A DNA stretch of 64,000 nucleotides from Escherichia coli (GTDB lineage Bacteria > Pseudomonadota > Gammaproteobacteria > Enterobacterales > Enterobacteriaceae). Below are positions 45,946-58,813 of this stretch, in pieces. The stretch lies in assembly GCF_003334335.1 (NCBI RefSeq), contig NZ_QOWQ01000017.1; one strand, 5' to 3'. Each line of letters starts with the position of its first letter. Position 1 is the stretch's first letter. Under the pieces are notes generated by a model, which saw only the letters and a list, made by a program, of their open reading frames with translations, had not been told where the DNA came from and did no database searches. The position numbers and the translations under genes were made by a program.

Positions 45946-46850
45946 TTTCCGCTTCGCTGCAACAACGTAAAACTCGCACCCGCCGCAGCATGTTGTTTGT
46001 GCCTGGTGCCAATGCCGCGATGGTCAGCAACTCCTTCATCTACCCGGCTGATGCCCTGATGTTTGACCTCGAAGACTCCGTAGCATTGCGTGAAAAAGAC
46101 ACCGCCCGCCGCATGGTTTACCACGCGCTGCAACATCCGCTGTATCGCGATATTGAAACCATTGTGCGTGTCAACGCGCTGGATTCCGAATGGGGTGTTA
46201 ACGACCTGGAAGCCGTCGTTCGCGGTGGTGCGGACGTTGTGCGTCTGCCGAAAACCGATACCGCTCAGGATGTTCTGGATATTGAAAAAGAGATCCTGCG
46301 TATCGAAAAAGCCTGTGGTCGTGAACCCGGCAGCACCGGCCTGCTGGCGGCGATTGAATCTCCGCTGGGGATTACCCGCGCAGTGGAAATCGCTCACGCT
46401 TCCGAGCGTTTGATCGGTATCGCCCTCGGTGCAGAAGACTATGTGCGCAACCTGCGTACAGAACGCTCCCCGGAAGGAACTGAACTGCTGTTCGCACGCT
46501 GTTCCATTTTGCAGGCCGCGCGCTCTGCGGGTATTCAGGCGTTCGATACCGTCTATTCCGACGCTAACAACGAAGCCGGATTTCTGCAAGAAGCCGCCCA
46601 CATCAAACAGCTGGGCTTTGACGGCAAATCGCTGATCAACCCGCGTCAGATTGATCTGCTGCACAACCTCTACGCACCGACCCAGAAAGAAGTGGATCAC
46701 GCCCGCCGCGTCGTAGAAGCCGCTGAAGCCGCCGCTCGCGAAGGCCTCGGCGTGGTTTCCCTGAACGGCAAGATGGTGGACGGTCCGGTTATCGATCGCG
46801 CCCGTCTGGTGCTCTCCCGTGCAGAACTTTCCGGCATCCGCGAAGAATAA
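45942..46850 (+). CDS. citE: citrate lyase beta subunit (citryl-CoA lyase)
   Basis: 302 aa; ATGA overlap with citD. Confidence 0.93.
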
Positions 46851-46860
46851 GGCAATCAAA

Positions 46861-48393
46861 ATGACGCAGAAAATTGAACAATCTCAACGACAAGAACGGG
46901 TAGCGGCCTGGAATCGTCGCGCTGAATGCGATCTTGCCGCTTTCCAGAACTCGCCAAAGCAAACCTACCAGGCTGAAAAAGCGCGCGATCGCAAACTGTG
47001 CGCCAACCTGGAAGAAGCGATTCGTCGCTCTGGTTTACAGGACGGCATGACGGTTTCCTTCCATCACGCTTTCCGTGGCGGTGACCTGACCGTCAATATG
47101 GTGATGGACGTCATCGCGAAGATGGGCTTTAAAAACCTGACCCTGGCGTCCAGCTCCCTGAGTGATTGCCATGCGCCGCTGGTAGAACACATTCGCCAGG
47201 GCGTGGTTACCCGCATTTATACCTCCGGCCTGCGTGGTCCACTGGCGGAAGAGATCTCCCGTGGTCTGCTGGCAGAACCGGTGCAGATCCACTCTCACGG
47301 CGGTCGTGTGCATCTGGTACAGAGCGGCGAACTGAATATCGACGTGGCTTTCCTCGGCGTCCCGTCCTGTGATGAATTCGGTAATGCCAACGGCTACACC
47401 GGTAAAGCCTGCTGCGGCTCCCTCGGCTATGCAATGGTTGATGCCGACAACGCAAAACAGGTCGTGATGCTTACCGAAGAACTGCTGCCTTATCCGCATA
47501 ATCCGGCAAGCATTGAGCAAGATCAGGTTGATTTGATCGTCAAAGTTGACCGCGTTGGCGATGCTGCAAAAATCGGCGCTGGCGCGACCCGTATGACCAC
47601 TAACCCGCGCGAACTGCTTATTGCCCGTAGCGCTGCGGATGTGATTGTCAACTCTGGCTACTTCAAAGAAGGTTTCTCCATGCAAACCGGCACCGGCGGC
47701 GCATCGCTGGCGGTAACCCGTTTCCTGGAAGACAAAATGCGTAGCCGCGATATTCGCGCCGACTTCGCCCTTGGCGGTATTACCGCGACGATGGTTGACC
47801 TGCACGAAAAAGGTCTGATCCGCAAACTGCTGGATGTGCAGAGCTTTGACAGCCATGCTGCGCAATCGCTGGCCCGTAACCCCAATCACATCGAAATCAG
47901 CGCCAACCAGTACGCTAACTGGGGTTCGAAAGGCGCATCGGTTGATCGTCTCGACGTGGTGGTACTGAGCGCGCTGGAAATTGACACCCAGTTCAACGTT
48001 AACGTGCTGACCGGCTCTGACGGCGTACTGCGTGGTGCTTCCGGTGGTCACTGCGATACCGCGATTGCCTCTGCGCTTTCCATCATCGTCGCGCCGCTGG
48101 TACGCGGTCGTATTCCGACTCTGGTGGATAACGTACTGACCTGCATCACCCCAGGCTCCAGTGTCGATATTCTGGTCACAGACCACGGTATCGCAGTTAA
48201 CCCGGCACGTCCGGAACTGGCAGAACGTCTGCAGGAAGCGGGCATTAAAGTGGTTTCCATTGAGTGGCTGCGCGAACGTGCGCGTCTGCTGACCGGTGAA
48301 CCACAGCCGATTGAATTCACAGACCGCGTCGTTGCCGTTGTGCGTTACCGCGATGGCTCGGTGATCGATGTTGTGCATCAGGTGAAGGAATAA
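46861..48393 (+). CDS. citF: citrate lyase alpha subunit (citrate CoA-transferase)
   Basis: 510 aa from ATG 46861. Confidence 0.93.
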   Translation: MTQKIEQSQRQERVAAWNRRAECDLAAFQNSPKQTYQAEKARDRKLCANLEEAIRRSGLQDGMTVSFHHAFRGGDLTVNMVMDVIAKMGFKNLTLASSSLSDCHAPLVEHIRQGVVTRIYTSGLRGPLAEEISRGLLAEPVQIHSHGGRVHLVQSGELNIDVAFLGVPSCDEFGNANGYTGKACCGSLGYAMVDADNAKQVVMLTEELLPYPHNPASIEQDQVDLIVKVDRVGDAAKIGAGATRMTTNPRELLIARSAADVIVNSGYFKEGFSMQTGTGGASLAVTRFLEDKMRSRDIRADFALGGITATMVDLHEKGLIRKLLDVQSFDSHAAQSLARNPNHIEISANQYANWGSKGASVDRLDVVVLSALEIDTQFNVNVLTGSDGVLRGASGGHCDTAIASALSIIVAPLVRGRIPTLVDNVLTCITPGSSVDILVTDHGIAVNPARPELAERLQEAGIKVVSIEWLRERARLLTGEPQPIEFTDRVVAVVRYRDGSVIDVVHQVKE

Positions 48394-48396
48394 GCC

Positions 48397-49801
<1,405 letters not shown>

Positions 49802-49851
49802 TTATTTAAGCACTTGATAAATTTGGAAATATTAATTTTCGGAGAACCCGT

Positions 49852-51315
49852 ATGTCTTTAGCAAAAGATAATATATGGAAACTATTGGCCCCACTGGTGG
49901 TGATGGGTGTCATGTTTCTTATCCCTGTCCCCGACGGTATGCCGCCGCAGGCATGGCATTACTTCGCTGTGTTTGTGGCAATGATTGTCGGCATGATCCT
50001 CGAGCCAATTCCGGCAACAGCGATCAGTTTTATTGCGGTTACTATTTGCGTTATTGGCAGTAATTACCTGCTCTTTGATGCCAAAGAATTAGCTGACCCA
50101 GCGTTTAATGCGCAAAAACAGGCGCTGAAATGGGGCCTGGCTGGTTTTTCCAGCACCACGGTATGGCTGGTATTTGGCGCATTTATTTTTGCATTAGGGT
50201 ATGAAGTTTCCGGGTTAGGTCGTCGCATTGCCCTTTTCCTGGTGAAATTCATGGGCAAACGCACGCTGACGTTGGGTTATGCGATTGTCATTATCGACAT
50301 TCTGCTGGCACCGTTTACACCTTCCAACACCGCGCGTACCGGGGGTACGGTTTTTCCGGTCATTAAAAACCTGCCGCCGTTGTTTAAATCATTCCCGAAC
50401 GATCCGTCCGCGCGTCGTATTGGCGGCTATTTGATGTGGATGATGGTCATTAGTACCAGTCTGAGTTCGTCCATGTTTGTCACCGGTGCGGCACCAAACG
50501 TGCTGGGTCTGGAGTTCGTCAGCAAAATTGCCGGTATCCAGATTAGCTGGTTGCAGTGGTTCCTCTGCTTCCTGCCGGTTGGGGTTATCTTGCTTATCAT
50601 TGCGCCGTGGCTTTCCTACGTGCTGTACAAACCGGAAATCACACACAGTGAAGAAGTGGCAACCTGGGCGGGTGATGAACTGAAAACCATGGGTGCGCTG
50701 ACACGCAGAGAGTGGACACTGATTGGCCTTGTATTGCTCAGCTTAGGTTTGTGGGTATTTGGCAGTGAAGTCATTAATGCTACTGCGGTTGGTCTGCTGG
50801 CAGTTTCGCTAATGCTGGCCCTGCACGTTGTGCCTTGGAAAGACATTACCCGCTATAACAGCGCATGGAACACACTGGTCAACCTGGCAACTCTGGTTGT
50901 GATGGCTAACGGCCTGACTCGTTCTGGTTTTATTGACTGGTTCGCCGGTACCATGAGTACGCACCTGGAAGGATTCTCACCAAACGCAACGGTGATTGTA
51001 CTGGTTCTGGTGTTCTACTTTGCACACTACCTGTTTGCCAGCCTGTCTGCGCACACCGCAACCATGCTGCCGGTTATTCTGGCCGTCGGTAAAGGTATTC
51101 CGGGCGTACCAATGGAACAACTGTGTATCCTGCTGGTGCTGTCTATCGGTATCATGGGCTGTCTGACGCCGTATGCAACCGGTCCTGGGGTGATTATTTA
51201 CGGCTGTGGCTATGTGAAATCAAAAGATTACTGGCGTCTTGGCGCAATCTTCGGGGTGATTTACATCTCTATGTTGCTGTTGGTTGGCTGGCCGATTCTC
51301 GCCATGTGGAACTAA
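49852..51315 (+). CDS. citT: citrate:succinate antiporter
   Basis: 487 aa polytopic DASS-family transporter. Confidence 0.93.
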   Translation: MSLAKDNIWKLLAPLVVMGVMFLIPVPDGMPPQAWHYFAVFVAMIVGMILEPIPATAISFIAVTICVIGSNYLLFDAKELADPAFNAQKQALKWGLAGFSSTTVWLVFGAFIFALGYEVSGLGRRIALFLVKFMGKRTLTLGYAIVIIDILLAPFTPSNTARTGGTVFPVIKNLPPLFKSFPNDPSARRIGGYLMWMMVISTSLSSSMFVTGAAPNVLGLEFVSKIAGIQISWLQWFLCFLPVGVILLIIAPWLSYVLYKPEITHSEEVATWAGDELKTMGALTRREWTLIGLVLLSLGLWVFGSEVINATAVGLLAVSLMLALHVVPWKDITRYNSAWNTLVNLATLVVMANGLTRSGFIDWFAGTMSTHLEGFSPNATVIVLVLVFYFAHYLFASLSAHTATMLPVILAVGKGIPGVPMEQLCILLVLSIGIMGCLTPYATGPGVIIYGCGYVKSKDYWRLGAIFGVIYISMLLLVGWPILAMWN

Positions 51316-51345
51316 TACGTTCGCCAAACGCTGAATAAATCATCA

Positions 51346-51381
51346 CGCCCGCCAGGTAAGCCCACCTGGCGGGCTTTTTTA
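51346..51381 (+). terminator. rho-independent terminator after citT
   Basis: cgcccgccaggt-aagccc-acctggcgggc followed by tttttt. Confidence 0.85.
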
Positions 51382-51428
51382 TGATTTAATAGATAGTATT
51401 CAGTGTATGTATGAGTTCCACACCCATT

Positions 51429-52235
51429 ATGAAAGCATTCTGGCGTAACGCCGCGTTGCTCGCGGTTTCTCTGCTTCCCTTCTCTTCTGCCAACGCCTTA
51501 GCGTTGCAGGCAAAACAGTATGGCGATTTTGATCGCTATGTCCTGGCCCTCTCCTGGCAAACCGGATTTTGCCAGAGTCAACACGATCGAAATCGTAACG
51601 AACGAGATGAATGTCGCCTGCAAACCGAAACGACCAACAAAGCTGATTTTCTGACCGTACATGGTCTGTGGCCAGGATTGCCTAAATCGGTTGCTGCCCG
51701 TGGTGTTGATGAACGCCGCTGGATGCGCTTCGGTTGCGCTACTCGCCCAATCCCGAATCTACCAGAAGCGCGCGCCAGCCGAATGTGTTCATCGCCGGAA
51801 ACCGGATTATCACTGGAAACGGCCGCTAAACTAAGTGAAGTCATGCCAGGAGCTGGCGGACGTTCCTGCCTGGAACGCTACGAATATGCCAAACACGGTG
51901 CCTGCTTTGGTTTTGATCCGGACGCATACTTCGGTACGATGGTACGCCTGAATCAAGAAATTAAAGAGAGCGAAGCCGGAAAATTCCTTGCGGATAATTA
52001 CGGTAAAACAGTGAGCCGCCGTGACTTTGACGCCGCCTTTGCCAAAAGCTGGGGAAAAGAGAACGTGAAAGCAGTTAAGCTAACGTGCCAGGGTAACCCT
52101 GCGTATTTGACTGAAATTCAGATCTCGATCAAAGCTGACGCCATCAACGCTCCGCTTTCTGCAAACTCATTCTTGCCACAACCTCACCCAGGTAACTGTG
52201 GCAAAACCTTTGTGATTGATAAAGCGGGTTATTAA
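51429..52235 (+). CDS. rna: periplasmic ribonuclease I (RNase T2 family)
   Basis: 268 aa from MKAFWRN with signal peptide; catalytic motifs HGLWP and KHGxC. Confidence 0.93.
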   Translation: MKAFWRNAALLAVSLLPFSSANALALQAKQYGDFDRYVLALSWQTGFCQSQHDRNRNERDECRLQTETTNKADFLTVHGLWPGLPKSVAARGVDERRWMRFGCATRPIPNLPEARASRMCSSPETGLSLETAAKLSEVMPGAGGRSCLERYEYAKHGACFGFDPDAYFGTMVRLNQEIKESEAGKFLADNYGKTVSRRDFDAAFAKSWGKENVKAVKLTCQGNPAYLTEIQISIKADAINAPLSANSFLPQPHPGNCGKTFVIDKAGY

Positions 52236-52382
52236 TCATCTGATTTACAAAACACGCTAATTCGTCTTCCATAAACCAAGGCGATTAAGATTTATACATA
52301 ATGCGCTGCATTGAGGAATTCCCTGAATGTGACGCAAATCACTTCAAAGAGTGAGCAACAGTCAGTATCATCATGTGAGTTA

Positions 52383-52417
52383 AACCCTCGCCGCCTGACG
52401 GTGAGGGTTTTCTTTTG
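52383..52417 (+). terminator. rho-independent terminator between rna and rnk
   Basis: aaccctcgcc-gcctgac-ggtgagggtt followed by ttcttttggg. Confidence 0.65.
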
Positions 52418-52464
52418 GGTATGTTTATCTGCGACACTCGCAGCACCGACGACATGGAGTAAAA

Positions 52465-52875
52465 ATGTCCAGACCAACTATCATCATTAACGACCTGGAT
52501 GCCGAACGCATCGATATTCTGCTGGAGCAACCCGCCTATGCTGGTTTGCCAATCGCCGACGCGTTAAACGCAGAGTTGGATCGCGCCCAAATGTGTTCGC
52601 CAGAAGAGATGCCACACGACGTGGTGACAATGAACAGCCGGGTTAAATTCCGCAATCTTAGCGATGGCGAAGTGCGTGTGCGCACGCTGGTGTATCCGGC
52701 AAAAATGACCGATAGCAATACTCAGCTTTCCGTTATGGCTCCGGTAGGTGCCGCACTGCTGGGGCTGCGCGTTGGCGATTCCATTCACTGGGAACTTCCG
52801 GGCGGCGTTGCAACCCACCTTGAAGTGCTGGAACTCGAATACCAGCCAGAAGCTGCTGGCGACTACCTGCTTTAA
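52465..52875 (+). CDS. rnk: regulator of nucleoside diphosphate kinase (GreA/GreB-like C-terminal domain)
   Basis: 136 aa; recognised Rnk. Confidence 0.92.
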
Positions 52876-53105
52876 TCCCATCTGCACAAGCGATAACTCG
52901 CTTTGCCCAGAGGATGCACTCGCATCCTCTTTACGCAAAATCAGCAATTTTTCCTGGTTCTCACTGTTCACTTTTGCTGCAAAATTATTCCGTTTCGTTT
53001 GTGGGAATAACCATGGCAGAAGCATTTTACATCCTGATAGGATTTCTGATTATGGCGGCGATTATCGTCATGGCTGTCCTTTACCTCGAAAACCACTCCT
53101 GACGA

Positions 53106-54344
53106 TCATATTGTTCCCCCCGGCATCGCATTCACCAGACCTGAAACCGCCTTCTGCGCCGCCTCTGCGCTTTGTGCACCGGGTACCAGAATCACCTTAC
53201 GGCACTCCTCTTCACGTTTTTCGAAAATCTCATATCCCCGGGCGGCCTCTTCAAACGGCATATAGTGGGTAACAATTTCTTCTGGTTTCAGTAATCCTTT
53301 CTCAATTAACGGTAATAATTCTCCCAGCCATGCGTGAACGTGGGTCTGTCCCATTTTAAACGACAACCCTTTATCAAAGGCGTCGCCAAACAGGAAACCG
53401 TGAATAAATCCAGCGTAGACGCCCGGTACGCTAACAATGCCGCCACGCCTGACCGCCGCAATACACTGACGCAACGCTTTACCGCTGCTGCCCTCCAGTT
53501 TCAGGTTAGTCAGCACCGTTTCCGTGGTGCTGCCTTTCGCTTCAAAACCGACGGCGTCTATTACTGCATCCACGCCCCGGTGACCTGCCGTTTGTTCAAT
53601 AATTGACTGTGCCGGATCGCTGTCTTCATCAAAATTAATCGGGATCGCGCCGTAGCGGTCGGCGGCGAAATGCAAGCGGTAGGGATGATGATCAACAACA
53701 AAAATCTGTTCCGCACCGAGCAACCGTGCACAGGCGATTGTCAACAATCCCACAGGACCAGCACCATAGACTGCAACGCTTGAACCTTGTTGGATCTGCG
53801 CATTTTTTGCTGCCTGCCATGCCGTTGGCAGAATATCAGAAAGGAAAAGCGCTTTATCATCTGAAAGCAAAGGCGGTACTTTAAACGGCCCCACATTCCC
53901 TTTAGGGACGCGGACATATTCCGCCTGCCCACCAGGAACGCCGCCATACAGGTGACTATAACCAAACAATGCCGCTGGAGCTGGTATCTGTTTTTTATTG
54001 AGCGCAGCGCCTTTACCCGCATTGGTATTTTCGCAGGCGGCATATTGTTGCAATCGACAGAAAAAACAGTCGCCACAAGCAATGACGAACGGAATTACCA
54101 CTCGGTCGCCTTTTTGCAAATTTTTTACGTCCTTTCCGGTTTCAACTACTTCCCCCATAAATTCATGACCAAAAATATCGCCATGTTTAACCTGAGGTAT
54201 TTTGCCTCGATAAAGATGGAGGTCAGAGCCACAGATCGCCGTTGCCGTAATACGCAGAATAATATCATCTGCCTGTTCAACGCCCGGATCGGGAACATTT
54301 TCTACCTGAACGTGATGTGGGCCGTGATAAGTCAATGCTTTCAT
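53106..54344 (-). CDS. ybdR: zinc-dependent alcohol dehydrogenase family protein
   Basis: 412 aa; catalytic zinc ligands (CGSDLH), structural zinc CxxC cluster, GxGxxG NAD fold. Confidence 0.92.
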
Positions 54345-54564
54345 GCAACCTCCAGAGACAGTTCAAAAAAGAGTCAGTCTTTAAGGGTAGCTATCACAGC
54401 GGGAAAACGGGCGGTACCACAGGTTTTGGGAGAATTCCTGGTGTTCAGTGAGAATATATTCATCACAGAAACAGTTCGTAAGGAAAAAGAACCAGACAAA
54501 TATCAGGGATAAATATTATAATCATGGCGAATGATTTGTTCATGATTAACAGGGAGAAAGGGTT

Positions 54565-54993
54565 ATGTATAAGACAATCATTATGCCAGTTGATGTATTT
54601 GAAATGGAATTGAGCGACAAAGCTGTTCGCCACGCTGAATTCCTCGCCCAGGATGACGGAGTTATTCATCTACTTCACGTACTACCCGGGTCAGCCAGCC
54701 TGAGCCTGCACCGTTTTGCCGCTGATGTGCGTCGTTTTGAAGAGCATCTGCAACATGAAGCACAAGAACGTCTGCAAACGATGGTCAGCCACTTCACCAT
54801 CGATCCTTCCCGCATTAAACAACATGTCCGTTTTGGTAGCGTGCGGGATGAAGTCAATGAGTTGGCAGAAGAACTGGGGGCTGATGTTGTAGTTATTGGT
54901 TCTCGCAACCCATCGATTTCGACCCATCTGTTAGGTTCTAACGCCTCGAGCGTGATCCGCCACGCCAATCTGCCGGTGCTGGTTGTGCGTTAA
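54565..54993 (+). CDS. uspG: universal stress protein G
   Basis: 142 aa UspA-fold protein; recognised. Confidence 0.93.
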
Positions 54994-55008
54994 TTGCCAG
55001 AATAAGTA

Positions 55009-55046
55009 TCCCGCCCTGCCCGGAGCCATCCCGGCGGGGCTTTTTA
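55009..55046 (+). terminator. imperfect rho-independent terminator after uspG
   Basis: GC-rich imperfect hairpin cccgcc...ggcggggc followed by ttttt. Confidence 0.5.
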
Positions 55047-55053
55047 ATGCCAT

Positions 55054-55083
55054 AAAAAAGCCGCCAGGTTTGACCCCGGCGGC
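55054..55083 (-). terminator. rho-independent terminator after ahpF (minus strand)
   Basis: On minus strand: hairpin gccgccgggg-tcaaa-cctggcggc followed by tttttt. Confidence 0.7.
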
Positions 55084-55113
55084 TAAGCAATTGCAGGTGA
55101 ATCTTACTTCTTC

Positions 55114-56679
55114 TTATGCAGTTTTGGTGCGAATCAGGTAGTCAAAAGCACTCAGAGAGGCTTTGGCACCTTCGCCAGTGGCGATGATGATCTGCTTGTA
55201 CGGAACCGTCGTACAGTCACCCGCTGCGAACACGCCTTTCACGTTGGTTTCGCATTTCGCATCAATGATAATCTCGCCCATGCGGTTACGTTCGACTGCG
55301 CCTTCGAGCCAGTTGGTGTTCGGCAGCAGACCAATCTGGACGAAAATACCGGCCAGTTCGATGTTGTGAATATCGCCGCTGACACGATCTCGATATTCCA
55401 GACCAACGACTTTGCTGCCGTCGCCTTTCACTTCCGTGGTTTGCGCATTCAGAATAATGTCGACGTTTTTCAGGCTGCGCAGTTTGTCCTGCAGAACCTG
55501 GTCGGCTTTCATTTCTGGCGCAAATTCCAGCAGCGTTACGTGCTCAACGATACCCGCCAGGTCAATTGCCGCTTCCACGCCGGAGTTACCGCCGCCGATA
55601 ACCGCTACGCGTTTACCTTTAAACAGCGGGCCGTCGCAGTGCGGGCAGTAGGTCACGCCTTTGGTGCGATACTGATCTTCGCCCGGAACGTTCATGTTGC
55701 GCCATTTTGCACCGGTCGCCACGATAATGCTGCGTGCTTTCAGTACCGCGCCAGAAGCTGTTTCAATCTGATGCAGACCACCTTCAACTGCTGCTGGGAT
55801 CAGTTTGCTGGCGCTCTGGCTGTCGATCACATCAACGTCGTATTCATCAACGTGAACTTTCAGTGCGCCTGCCAGCTTCTGCCCTTCAGTCTTCGGTACA
55901 GAAATGTAGTTTTCGATATCAACGGTATCGAGGATCTGACCACCAAAACGTTCGCCCATCAGACCGGTACGGATGCCTTTACGTGCGGAGTAAATTGCTG
56001 CCGCTGCACCCGCCGGGCCGGAACCGACGATTAATACGTCATAAGCATCACGCTTGTTCAGCTCTTCTGCCGCACGTTTTTCCGCGCCAGTATCAATTTT
56101 GGCAACGATTTCAGTCAACGTCATGCGGCCCTGACCAAACTCTTTCCCGTTTACGAACACTGCCGGAACGCCCATCACGTTGCGATCGGTGATTTCGTTC
56201 TGGAAGGTGCCGCCGTCAATTGCAGTGTGCTTGATGCGCGGGTTCAGTACGCTCATCAGGTTCAGCGCCTGCACCACGTCCGGGCAGTTGTGGCAAGAGA
56301 GCGAGTAATAGGTTTCGAATTCAAAATCACCGTCAATATGGCGAATCTGCTCCAGCAGAGACTGCGCTTCTTTCGACGGATGACCACCGGTCCACAGCAA
56401 CGCCAGTACCAGCGAGGTGAACTCGTGGCCCAGCGGGGAGCCTGCAAAACGTGGCCCCTGGTTGGAACCTGGGTTGGTGATCAGGAAAGACGGCTTACGC
56501 ACCGGCAAGCTGTTATCTTCTTTAAAGGTGACTTTGTCTGACAGTTCTGCGATTTCAGCCAACAGTTCCTTGATTTCTGCCGATTTAGCGCTGTCATCCA
56601 GCGTGGCAATTAACTCAACAGGCTTGGTCAATTTCTCAAGGTAAGCCTTGAGTTGAGTTTTCATATTTGTGTCGAGCAT
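55114..56679 (-). CDS. ahpF: alkyl hydroperoxide reductase subunit F (flavoprotein disulfide reductase)
   Basis: 521 aa from MLDTNMK start with aggag RBS; redox CxxC motifs (CHNC, CPHC) and FAD/NAD folds. Confidence 0.95.
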
Positions 56680-56923
56680 GTTTATCTCCTGGGCTTTAAA
56701 CATCATCATGCAAGCGGCCTCTGCGGCTACCTGGATGCAGCTTGCATCATGGTGCGGGGAAGAAAATCGGGTGCCGCAGCACCCGAAGAATTAGGTGAAT
56801 TTCCGAAGTATTTCGCGTCAGAGCAAGGCGGCTAGCCTGTGAATCCCCGGGAGCTTACACAAGTAAGTGACCGGGGTGAGCGGGCGACGCCAACGCCGCT
56901 ATGGCGTGAAAGACGAAGGAAAT

Positions 56924-57487
56924 TTAGATTTTACCAACCAGGTCCAGAGACGGAGCCAGAGTTGCTTCACCTTCTTTCCATTTAGCCGGGCAAACTTCAC
57001 CTGGGTGAGAAGCTACGTACTGTGCTGCTTTGATTTTACGCAGCAGGTCAGACGCGTCACGGCCAATGCCTTCAGCGGTAACTTCGATTGCCTGGATGAT
57101 ACCCTGCGGGTCAACAACGAAGGTCGCACGGTCAGCCAGACCTTCATCTTCACGCATGTTGTCGAAGTTACGGGTCAGGGCGCCAGTCGGGTCGCCGATC
57201 ATCGCATATTTGATTTTAGCGATGGTTTCAGAACTGCTGTGCCATGCTTTGTGGGTGAAGTGAGTATCGGTAGATACTGCGTATACGTCTACGCCCAGTT
57301 TCTGCAGTTCTTCGTAGTGGTCAGCAACGTCACCCAGTTCGGTCGGGCATACGAAAGTAAAGTCAGCCGGGTAGAAGAAGAAGACGCTCCAGCGGCCTTC
57401 GGTATCTTTTTCGGTGATTTCGATGAATTCGCCGTTTTTGAATGCCTGGTTTTTAAAAGGTTTAATTTTGGTGTTAATCAAGGACAT
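56924..57487 (-). CDS. ahpC: alkyl hydroperoxide reductase subunit C (2-Cys peroxiredoxin)
   Basis: 187 aa; peroxidatic motif FTFVCPTE and resolving Cys near C-terminus (EVCP). Confidence 0.96.
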   Translation of the reverse strand: MSLINTKIKPFKNQAFKNGEFIEITEKDTEGRWSVFFFYPADFTFVCPTELGDVADHYEELQKLGVDVYAVSTDTHFTHKAWHSSSETIAKIKYAMIGDPTGALTRNFDNMREDEGLADRATFVVDPQGIIQAIEVTAEGIGRDASDLLRKIKAAQYVASHPGEVCPAKWKEGEATLAPSLDLVGKI

Positions 57488-57858
57488 CTATACTTCCTCC
57501 GTGTTTTCGATGAGATGTAAGGTAACCAATTTTTGCCGATTCGGCTAATGCGTTTCCATTATCAAATCGATAAGTTTTACCTTACAACCTTCGTAAGACA
57601 ACTTTGTGAACTTTGCACCGCCAGCGGCGATAAAAAGTAAAATGGCCCCCTTTCCAGGTGACCGTGTAATCTGAACTACCCTTTGGTATCTTCAGTGCCT
57701 GCCTGCAGGCTGAGGTGTTGCCCTTACAAATGCAACAACGACATGGATTACAACACCCTCATAAACAAAGGGCAATCACCTGATCTAAGCTCTTACCTAT
57801 GACAGTGATAGGTTATGCCTTTTACTCGACTTTTGCACTGACTGAAAAGGACAAATTA
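57488..57858. promoter_or_regulatory. divergent ahpC / dsbG control region with OxyR-type inverted repeat (CTAT-N7-ATAG at 57797-57811)
   Basis: 371-bp spacer between divergent ahpC and dsbG; both are established OxyR regulon members; partial match to the ATAG-N7-CTAT OxyR motif seen at 57786-57822. Confidence 0.5.
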
Positions 57859-58605
57859 ATGTTAAAAAAGATACTTTTACTGGCTCTGCTTCCTGCAATC
57901 GCCTTCGCAGAGGAACTTCCTGCTCCAGTAAAAGCGATTGAAAAACAGGGCATTACAATCATCAAAACATTCGATGCCCCCGGAGGAATGAAAGGTTATC
58001 TCGGAAAGTATCAGGATATGGGCGTCACCATCTACCTGACTCCAGATGGTAAGCACGCTATCTCTGGTTACATGTACAACGAGAAAGGTGAAAACCTGAG
58101 TAACACACTTATCGAAAAAGAAATTTACGCACCAGCCGGACGCGAAATGTGGCAACGGATGGAACAATCCCACTGGCTCCTCGACGGTAAAAAAGATGCG
58201 CCGGTCATTGTCTACGTCTTCGCCGATCCGTTCTGCCCATATTGTAAACAGTTCTGGCAGCAGGCGCGCCCGTGGGTAGATTCTGGCAAAGTGCAATTAA
58301 GAACATTGTTGGTTGGGGTTATCAAGCCAGAAAGCCCGGCGACAGCAGCGGCAATTCTTGCCTCCAAAGATCCCGCAAAAACCTGGCAACAATATGAAGC
58401 CTCTGGTGGCAAGCTTAAGCTAAACGTGCCTGCAAACGTAAGTACAGAGCAAATGAAAGTGTTAAGTGACAATGAGAAACTGATGGACGATCTGGGGGCA
58501 AATGTCACGCCGGCTATCTATTACATGAGTAAGGAAAATACGCTACAACAGGCCGTGGGGTTGCCCGATCAGAAAACGCTTAATATCATTATGGGGAATA
58601 AATAA
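57859..58605 (+). CDS. dsbG: periplasmic thiol:disulfide interchange protein DsbG
   Basis: 248 aa from [17 protein letters not shown] signal peptide; CPYC active site; ORF-track upstream extension rejected. Confidence 0.94.
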   Translation: MLKKILLLALLPAIAFAEELPAPVKAIEKQGITIIKTFDAPGGMKGYLGKYQDMGVTIYLTPDGKHAISGYMYNEKGENLSNTLIEKEIYAPAGREMWQRMEQSHWLLDGKKDAPVIVYVFADPFCPYCKQFWQQARPWVDSGKVQLRTLLVGVIKPESPATAAAILASKDPAKTWQQYEASGGKLKLNVPANVSTEQMKVLSDNEKLMDDLGANVTPAIYYMSKENTLQQAVGLPDQKTLNIIMGNK

Positions 58606-58813
58606 AAGGTAATTCATGGATGGTTGAACTATATCCCTGCTTTTCAACCATCCTAAAAAAGCATGAATTGCTCGCTCTGCCCTAAGTGGCTGTGCTATTT
58701 TAGAAAAACTTAATCCTGAGTTAAGCAAAAAAACATAATCAATAAAAATATATACGCAAAAAACATTGATTAAGTGAATATATCATGGAAGAAAAATATA
58801 ACCGGAGTAGTGT

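Noticed and set aside
58611-58669. Extended imperfect palindrome downstream of dsbG (ttcatggatggttgaa...ttcaaccatcc...catgaa)
   Set aside because: Most simply the dsbG transcription terminator or 3' stabilising hairpin; not followed by a clear T-tract, so left unannotated, but nothing suggests a mobile-element end.
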